Origin: Bugula neritina
Taxonomy: Eukaryota > Animalia > Bryozoa
Assembly: GCA_964035545.1 (NCBI GenBank)
Contig: CAXIUT010000042.1
Location: 1-64,000 of the forward strand
Length of the DNA stretch: 64,000 nucleotides
Direction of reading: 5' to 3'
A model generated the notes under the pieces. It had not been told where the DNA came from. It was given only the letters and a program-made list of their open reading frames with translations, and searched no databases. This document shows, piece after piece, positions 54,901 through 64,000 of the stretch. The position numbers and the translations under genes are program-made. How positions within the stretch are numbered: the first letter of the stretch is position 1; each line of letters opens with the position of its first letter.

Positions 54901-55918
54901 ATGCAGTGAAAATGTTCTAAGAATTGGAGCATTATTAAAAAATTATAATTAATTTTTAATTTTAGTTATCAATTTATCTTTTAATATAATATTTTCCTTC
55001 AGGAATTATTGCTTTGTTTCGATAATTTATATTTTAAGACAAATATCTTACTATTTTACATTCTTATTCATTATCTACTGATTCTTCAAGTTATTTTCTT
55101 AACAAATCAACAACTATTTTAGATTTAACTTCGATACTACGAATAAAAGGATACTAATAATATATTGTAATAGTTTTTTATTACTAGTTTTCTATAATAG
55201 TTAGCTATAAGTGATTTTATTTCTTTTTAGCTATAGTAATATTTCCTTCAATGAATTCTGTTTTTTATTAATTTTTTATTGAAATTCTATAACCTTATAA
55301 CTAATGACATATTAACTATTCTTTTATTATTTTTTATACCAAATTTATTTTCTAATTTTACGGTCTAGTGTTGATTACTTTAGATACTAAGGATGTAAGA
55401 CTTGATATTCTGATTCCTTGAAATGTTTTCTATCTTATTTGTATTTCTACTTCTTGTTTATTTATTATTTTTCTTGTACATAGATCTTTAATATATTGTT
55501 TAAAGCATTAGAGATTATCTTCTTTCATTTTTTTTATTAATTATTCACTGTTTTGTCTTTAAAGATATTTTATATTGTCATTTTGTAGTAATAGTTGTGC
55601 TGCTTACCAAAATATATTTGTATCTATTTTGATTTTTCCTATTTATTCCTTTATTTTTATTAACATTTTTTATGTGCTAGCATTTTTTAAACTGATTAAA
55701 AGTTGTTAAATTGTATTGTTAAAATAGATAGGAAAGTTTTTATTGATTTTATACTCTTTATTTTCATTAAGTATCACCAATAGATATTCTAACAACTATT
55801 TTGCGAGATAAGGATTGGGTTCCTCTGTAATAATTTTACAAATTTAACAAACTAGCTGATCACATGTAGGATTATTAGTCGACTAGAAGATGAGTTAGTT
55901 TCTAATTGAACTATCCAT
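51953..55918 (-). CDS. Large P-loop GTPase (AIG1/GIMAP-septin-like) with long coiled coil
   Basis: 3966-bp frame; G1 GETGSGKST, G3 DYPGFKDTRG, G4 IITKS. Confidence 0.88.
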
Positions 55919-55986
55919 TAATAAATATGTTGATGATACAATAAATAATTAACAAAAATCTATCTTAGAATAAATTAAATCGAAAA

Positions 55987-56685
55987 ATGTCAATAAGTAT
56001 CATCTTGATTCAAATATCATTTCTTTTAGTTATCCTATAAGTTTTTACCAATAAATAAAAATATTATTATCAGATGAATCAGAAGCGTTCAGTTCTTAGA
56101 GAATATCCCAATAGAAATCGATTGGCATTTCCTATATCTGGAGATTTTGGCTATTAAGAACCAGTAGGGCGTAAGAAATACTCTTTGAAACAATCACCCA
56201 TCCATCAACTCATATTTAATCACGAGATAGAAACTAAATCTAATCAGTCACAGTTATATCACTATCCAAAGTAATTTAATCCAGAACTACTTCTTGAAAA
56301 TAGCCGTCTCTATAAAAGAAATACAAAATCACCCATTACAGGATTACATACTTATCCTTATTAACCAGATTATTATAAAGCTTCTGAGCTACCTAATCAC
56401 TCTCAAACGGCTCAAAATCCAGCAATCATGAAAGAATATTCTTAAAAAATATAAAAAAGCCAAGTTCTTAGTCCAACAACATCAAAGAAATAAAAGAATA
56501 ATGACTCAATGATAAACAGATCTTATTCACATTAAATTCGAGACCCAAAAAATGGTCAAGACTCATTGGATCGTTTGATTGGTCCATCGAATTCCTACGT
56601 GTATCATGAAAACAAGTAAAGATCTTTAAACAACATAATAAAGAATAAATTTAGAAATCCAACTTTTATCAATTCTCAAGTATGA
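55987..56685 (+). CDS. Hypothetical low-complexity protein
   Basis: Open frame containing TKSPITG; at least one intron; TGA-TTG stop. Confidence 0.65.
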
Positions 56686-56717
56686 TTGATTTTATCATAA
56701 TTATTTGTAAAATGTTA

Positions 56718-57332
56718 TCATTCGAAGGCTTATTAAGAAATTTAATGTTTTTTAAACATTCTGCCACGAACTATCTCATTCTGCCTGGTGGACATCGTTG
56801 AAATTTAGAGTTACATGATTGACATTTTCACTTGAATTCAGGTCTACCTTCTTTATTTAGTCGTATATTTTTCTATTTGTTTTGGTCTTGCGTATTACTC
56901 GAATTAAACTGACAAGTTGCATCACATATCGACTCATTACAATTACTAATATCACAATATCATCTGTCTAGAGTATCTATCTGTAATCTTTCTTTTATTA
57001 AGAACCATAAAATATTAAAAATACTAATGTGGCTGCAAAAATGCATAGGACTCCTAAATCAAAGACATTGCTTTTGCTTTTGCAAAGACCTCCTTAAGAG
57101 ATAAGTCTGACTACAAGTCTATGTTTATATATTTTTACAGGTCAAAAGCGAAGAGAAGAAAGAGGATAAGTTATAGAAGAATGACAGATGGAGTTCTAAA
57201 ATGATTGGATGATGTTAAGGCAAGAGGGATGATTATGATTGCAAGGATGAGTTGAGATATAAGGAAAGTCAAGTATGTTTTTTTGGTTCTAAATGCTGTA
57301 AGAGAGTATTTTATTTCTTCGTAATTTACCAT
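56718..57332 (-). CDS. Stand-alone voltage-sensor-like 4-TM protein
   Basis: S2 E...FAFD....R, S3 NVFD, S4 RYVMQLVSLIRVIRK; 20-nt intron. First TGA at 56776, alternative end at 56718. Confidence 0.75.
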
Positions 57333-57503
57333 TTTTATTTTATTATGTATTATAAGTCAAAATAAAACTTGCTTATCAATCTATCAATTAAATATTGATT
57401 GTTTTTTATAAATTTAGATGAAAATAAAATTTATTTAAATAATTTAGTATTAATTCAAATATCTTCTGATATTAAATTTCTGATAGTATTTGATTTAACC
57501 AGA

Positions 57504-60500
57504 ATGACACAAACTGGATAGTCATCACCTAACTTAACTGGAGTTATTGATTCATTAGTCGACAATAGTACTCCTAATAGGCTATCATTTAAACGTTTTA
57601 GTTACTCAAGGCACATAGGAAATCATATAAATAATAATAAACATACTGAATCAACTCCATTTATGGAAATAAGGCCATTTAAAAATGATAGGTCTGAAGA
57701 AAAGAAATTAAAAAATACAAACTTTAAAGAGAAAATATAAAGCTTTAAATATAATTCTAGTGAGGAGAAAATTAAAAAAACTAATAGAATTAAAGAATTT
57801 CGTTCTGCTGTCAATTTAGAACTAGATCCTAAGGATTAAAAAGTATAAATTCCTTTTTAAAGTTTAACATACTCTAGTTTAATAAAAAATAACTTTAACT
57901 AAAATTGTTTTGAATAATTTTAGAATTAGCTTAGAGATTGGTTAGTTGATGTAATAGAAATAGTAACTTCCATTGGATTCAACCATATGAATAAGGGAAC
58001 TTTAACAGAAAAGCAAACAAAAAGTTTTGTATCAAAAAATATTCTTCATAATATAAAATAAACATTTGAAAAATATAAATAAATACCATTAGAAAATCGT
58101 TTTAGTTTGATTAAATTTGCAAATAAGTAAATGTATAGCATATTTGAACATGTAGCTATTAAATATCCTCAAACAAGTAGTAAAGGAGTAAGTAGAAGAA
58201 TCAAATCAAGAATACCTGTACTTGATAACAGATAAACTGATTAATTTGATTTTCTTTGGAGAAATAATATTCATATCAAATATAGAGAAGATGGTGATTA
58301 TTCAGAAGATATTATGCGAATCATTAACAAACTTGTTAGTTTTTCTAGTGATGTTTTTGATCCCTAAATGGAGTTAGAAGATAGCAATTTCTAAGTTTTT
58401 TCTGATGTAATGGAGCTAATATTCGATAACGCAAGCAGCCAATCGGCAGATGCTACTGCTAAAGATGTGATTAAGACTCTTTAAAAGAAAAAAAGGATTT
58501 AATAAGAATAAAATTTTTGTTCTAAAGTTAGTTTTAAAGATTTTGATACGCTTTCCATGAACAATAGTAGAAGGTTTATTTCTGGAAAATAATCTAATAA
58601 ACAGGTACTTATAGGACAAAAAATACCAGCTTAAGTGCCTACTTTTAGTGAGGAAAATATTCGATCATCTAACTTTAAGACTTATGGTTCTTCTATTTTA
58701 AGGTTGCTTACTAAGTGGGCTTAATAACTCAGATATAAAATAATTAATGCTGAAGAAACTATTCACAGAAGAATATTTAAATTCAAAAATAACCGAGGAA
58801 GGTTAATAAGTCTTGAACCTACTATGAAGGCCAATCTCTATGAAGCAGCAATGCTGGAGACTTAAAAAATCGAAAGTTATTTATAATATTTAAAGGAATA
58901 AAATTTTTATTTACAAACTATTTTCTCAGAGTAGGAAAGTCGAGGAAAATACTCAAAAAATGATATGAAAGTTAGTGTTTTTGCAGCTAAAGTTAATGAA
59001 GTTGCAAGTCAGTATATTTTCAAGTCTATTAATCAACTGATACACTCATTGCTTACAATACCGATAGTTGCAGCGTAGAAAGTTTCAAGTGATTGGTAGA
59101 AGGCAGTGATTTCATCTATTGATTTGGTTACTTTCAAGATAGGAGATATGATGAGGTGTAAATGTGCTTGTTCTTAATATGAGTTCATTAAAATATTTGG
59201 TGCACTTGAATCACTTCATACAAACAATCCTGAAATTTTGAAACTTGTTCGTATTAAAAATAGATTATAAACTTTGAATAATGATATTTTAATTAATCTA
59301 TTTTTTGGAAGTAAAGTTGAATGCTAGTTACAACTATCTGTTATGAGTGCAGACAAAAAAGATGAAAAAAATAGTAGTAAATTTAGTCATCTTATTTATG
59401 AAATTGTAAGGGCATAGCTAGGACCTATATCAGAAATGGCTACAATAATGGTACAATATGATCCACTTGCTTATCACTATTCGAAAAAATAAGATTATGG
59501 ACCTGACTTGCTGTAAATCAAATAAAATAAAATATAATAAAGGAAAGAGAATCATCCTAATCCTTGTGAAAGATAGTCTTTTAGGAAAAAGATGAAACTT
59601 GGAAACAATATTGAGTTACCTTTTGTATGTTGTGGTTGTCAAAAATTATCAATAGTTAAGAATCCTTTTTATTATTAAAATAAAAACAAAAGATATTGTC
59701 ATAATTGTACTATGAAAACTAATAAAGATGAAGATTGGCAGATAGTTCGAAAGAATGTTGGAAATTATAACTTCAAAGATTAAAAGGATAGACAATTTTA
59801 TCATAATCATATATTTTCATGGGATAAATAAAAGTTTATTAATGAAATAAAAATGAAAATAAAGATTCTGTGACTACTATGTGGTTTCCTTCAAAGGTTA
59901 TATATTTAAACATCATCAAAAATATCCTAAATTATAACTCTTTTCAAGTTATTTTCAACCTACTTTCTCCTACTAAATATTCATTCACGTTAATTAAAAT
60001 AATTAAGAAAAACTATTGCTTTCAATTAAAGTACATTAAGAAAAACAAAAAAAATTGATAAGTATAAGTAAATAACTGAAAGATCTAACTCTGATTTAAT
60101 TTAAAAATGCTTTATAAATATAATAAAATGGTAAAAAATATTTTATTTGTACCAAACATAATTGTTGTGGAATAAAGTTTTACCCAGGAAAACTTATGAA
60201 CAAAGCATAACTACAGCGACTATCAAGTGATAAAATAATAGAGACCATAATTGGATCCCAAAGAACTCTTTTATATCTAAACTATATGTAAAAAAGTTTT
60301 GACCATCTTAAAAAATACATGAGTTCAATAAAATAAAAGAGTAAAATAACAAAAATAAGAACAACTGTTCAGGCAATTGAAGCATTTTAATGTCAATTAA
60401 CAAACATTCATATTGTTGAGATGTTTACTAAAATATCTGACTTGAACATAGGACAGAATCCTGGTATAAAGTCTCTTAAAGGGATATAGAACTGTTTGCA

Positions 60501-61091
60501 GCTGAAATATTTGAACTGTAATCATTGTGATTTAGAATGTGTAAAAGAATTAAAAGCATTGAAAAAACTATAAACAATAAATTTAAGTCATAATAAAAAA
60601 TTAAATTCAATTGAAAGCCTATCTGATCATACTTAAATACTAGATTTATTTATGAGTAATATTTTTAATTAATATAGAAAAGACTTCTATTTCTAGTTTG
60701 GCTCCTTTGTCTAAATGTGTTAAGTTATAATCATTGGATATCTAAGGCTGTATCAATATTGAATCAATAGCTGAAGTCAAATCTTTAAAACTTTCATATC
60801 TGAACATAAGTATTTGTTTTTTAAATAGTTAACTGCAATAAAATAGATTCTTTTGATTTGCCAAGATCTTCATTTTTATCTTTAAGGACAATCTAAGTGA
60901 TCAATAAAGAGGAAAGCAAAAGTGAAGAAAATAATTTATTTATGAACTTATTATCAAATTTTGCTCTCAATCTTCCTTCATCTTCATAAAAAAATCAATA
61001 AAAAGAGGAAATAGTAAATTGTTAAACTGTTTAAAAGATAAATAGAATTCTTTTAATGAAAAAAAGTTCAACTAATCCACAAATCGTTTGA
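57504..61091 (+). CDS. RelA/SpoT-like synthetase domain, Zn finger and LRR protein
   Basis: GDMMRC, VRIKNRL, DILINL, CELQL, SHLIYEIVR; CxxC...CxxC; C-terminal LRRs; frame change at about 59834-59873. Confidence 0.78.
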
Positions 61092-61139
61092 TTTATGCTC
61101 ATTTAAATTATAATTTATCTATTATAAAGATGAACTAAA

Positions 61140-61996
61140 TCACTTTTATACTTTACTTGATCTGATATTTAATCTTGGAGAGTTGTCTTTATGAGAAAGT
61201 TCTTATTATCTGATATATTCTATTTCTTTATTTTATTATTATTTCAAAATTAACTGTTCTGTTAAATTTCTACTGCTACTTTATTCTGAAGATTATGACG
61301 ATTATTCTTTTTGATTCATTAATACTGATTTCATCCGAATTCTTTCATTTTCTGTCATTTTAGATGTCTTCATTTTGTTATTAAGTCTCTTTGTTTTACA
61401 AACAAGGACAGTAATAACAACAATAAAAATTATATAGATAGTAACTGTGATAAAAATAAGTCGAGTTCCTAAGTATTAAATAATATACCTAAAATTTGAT
61501 AACTTGAACTGACTTAGATATCCACATTTATACCCACGTCAACGTTAATAGGCGAGTAACCATATGATCCAGAAGGATAAGGGAATAGGGTGTTATCAAC
61601 TATAAAGGAAAAAGCAAAGTTACTTATTTCTTGTATTGATTGATTTATAGTTTGTCTTTATAGAGAATTGATTCTTAGTTGAGTATTTCTATTCGTCAAA
61701 AAAGGACAAGGATATAGATAGCTTTGACTATTTACAGATTTAGTATAGCAGTTAATGTCTTATTCAGTTATGCAATAGAAATAGTCAAAATAGCGATTAA
61801 AAGATTGAATTGTATTAGATACAGTTGTTTATAAAGATATGTTAATTGGTATTAATTCTGCATTTTAGCGGTTGATGTCTACTCGGCAATTATATTGTGA
61901 GTCACTAGGGATAAGTATATTTTTTTTGCTTAAAATGAAGTTAATGCTTTGAACTAGAAAAGGAAATAAGGCCAAAAGTACGAAGAGAATTTTCAT
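61140..61996 (-). CDS. Type I membrane protein
   Basis: Signal peptide, Cys-containing ectodomain, single TM, 20-nt intron. Confidence 0.8.
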
Positions 61997-62127
61997 TATT
62001 ATTGATATTATAAATAATAATTTTGAAATTTCAAAGTAATTTTTATTTGAAAAGCAAAATCAACAAACATATAACTAAGTAATTTAAATAGTATTTTGAA
62101 TAAATAAATATTATTTATTATTATCGA

Positions 62128-63147
62128 TCAAATTTTATTGACGTCAAAAGTTATATTTAATAGCTTTTACGAAAGATTCCAAAGACGGTTACAATTTTAA
62201 TTAGTGACGAATGGATTAATCCAATCTTTCTTGCACTATGCGTAATATTCTCCGTTTTAAACTGAAGGATCTAAAAGAGCAAACATTGTTGTTTGATTTC
62301 CTTCTTAGATATTTTTGGTAAAATAAGCATAAATAGGATATACTAGCCAAGAAAGGGCTAATAAAATAGGTCCTATTATTCTAGAGGAATATATTTAGCT
62401 GATAATTTTAGTCCTTACAATACCTGGATGGACACTTACAACTTTTCCTTTAGAATCTTTACTCATTTTATTTCTAAATTATTTAGTTGCCATCACTATA
62501 CATAGCTTAGATCTTGCATATGCTTCATTTGAATTATAGTTTTTTGTTATATTGATGTCTTCAAAATCGATAATTGGCTGTCCCCACATTGTAAGATTCA
62601 TTTTTTTATGAGTTATTGAGGCTAGATTTATTACTCTGAACTTCTATGACTTGTTAAGAATCGGCCATAAAAGATAAGTTAGATAGAAGTGACCAAGATA
62701 GTTTACTCCAAAATCCATCTCGAATCCCTAAGATGTTTTTTTTGCTTCATTGATATTATAAACTCCTGCATTATTTACCAAAAACTAAAGAGAAGATATT
62801 TTGATATTTGAAACAAAGTTTTCTATTGATTTTTTACTTGAAAGATCTAATTAATAAAACTCAATATCTGATAGATGGTAATTTTTTCTAACTTTTTTCA
62901 TAAGTTCTTAAGCTGCAAGGCGATTTCTATCAGCTATGATTACTGAACAGTTTAATTTAGCTAGTTATATTACAGTTTGAGATCCTAATCCTGAAGCTCC
63001 TCCAGTTACAAGAGCATATTTACCTTTTAAATCAATTTTAGGAATTTTATAGGAAGTTCCTCTCAAGTACTTATAGAAGCAGTAGAGAAAAGTGAGGATG
63101 ATGACTATGATAGTTAATTCTAGAGGGTACGAAAGTAAGTTTTACAT
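62128..63147 (-). CDS. Short-chain dehydrogenase/reductase, RDH12/WWOX-like
   Basis: TGGASGLG, LDL, NNAG, VNYLGHF, YARSK, VHPGIVRT motifs; N-terminal TM anchor. Confidence 0.95.
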
Positions 63148-63571
63148 TAATTTTAAAAATATATTTAAATTAAAAGGAATATATTATTTTTAATAAAAAC
63201 AGCTTTAAAATGATTTTTTAAATCATAAAAGAAGTAAAATTTATTCTTCTATATTCTTTTCATTAAATGATAAAGATATTATTATGACCTTTTTGACTTA
63301 TTTATTAGATTTTATGAATTTATTTTTCCACTTAGTATTTTTTTGAATGATTTTGAAAATACATATTTGATTTATTATCTATCTTTTACTTCATTTTAAA
63401 ATAATAGATAATCTTGAGAACTAACCAAAAAATATTTCACTTTAACTTTTAATTAAAATTTAATATTTCAAGAACATTTTTTCACTTATATCTCGTATAT
63501 TTAATAAATCTTTAAAAAAAATATTTGAATAAATTAAGATAATTGGATATAGAAAATAATTAATTAAGATA

Positions 63572-64000
63572 ATGGAACTTTATAATCATGGAATCATTAA
63601 GTAGAAAAGAACTTTCTAATATTCTTCCCTCTCTCTCAAAGGAGGATATTCCTTAAAGTACGAATAATCTACCCTCTTCTTCCCTTCCCTTAGAAGCTAA
63701 TACTACATTTTATTCCAATTCTGCCTTTTAGAAGCCATCTAAAATACCTAGACTTCACTCTAAACTAGATAAAAAATCTGAAAATAAAAATAACAGTAAA
63801 TCCAACATACTTTTGCCACTTAAAAAGTAAAATAATAATGATGAGTTCAGAGTTAGACCTGTAAAAAATAGTACTGATAGATAGTTTGATCTGAATTCAA
63901 CATCTTTTTCCAAAAAGAATATGGGAAAGTTATTGTTGATAAAGTAGGTTAGCTAAACACCAAAAAATAATATATCTTCTTAAGTAGTATTGAAGAACAC
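63572..64000 (+). CDS. Hypothetical protein, partial
   Basis: ATG then open frame to the window end. Confidence 0.65.

Overview
AT-rich, extremely gene-dense eukaryotic DNA that reads as a ciliate macronuclear sequence. It has C4A2/G4T2 telomeric repeats, about 20-nt GT-AG introns, and intergenic gaps often under 100 bp. Conserved proteins show that TAA and TAG both encode glutamate and that TGA is the only stop (peritrich-type code, NCBI table 30). The supplied standard-code ORF track therefore fragments nearly every gene. Re-reading by hand with this code gives about 50 genes, including CTL/SLC44, PTEN, cytosolic carboxypeptidase, Sey1, EB1, USP14, VPS25, ITPase, MYCBP, a CENP-A-like H3, UBC8, PKA-C, FAHD1, an MFS transporter, AMACR, an Akr1-type DHHC and an RDH-like SDR. 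Main points of interest: (1) one terminal and three internal telomeric tracts with identical junction register; the internal ones appear inserted into colinear loci, one or two inside coding sequence; (2) a large protein joining a RelA/SpoT-like synthetase domain to a Zn finger and LRRs, near a 1321-aa intronless AIG1-like GTPase and a SPRY gene; (3) an ankyrin/non-canonical poly(A) polymerase fusion; (4) tandem genes only 25-29 bp apart; (5) a few frame discontinuities at non-TGAT UGA codons. All gene models were translated manually without database searches. Boundaries of hypothetical genes are approximate.
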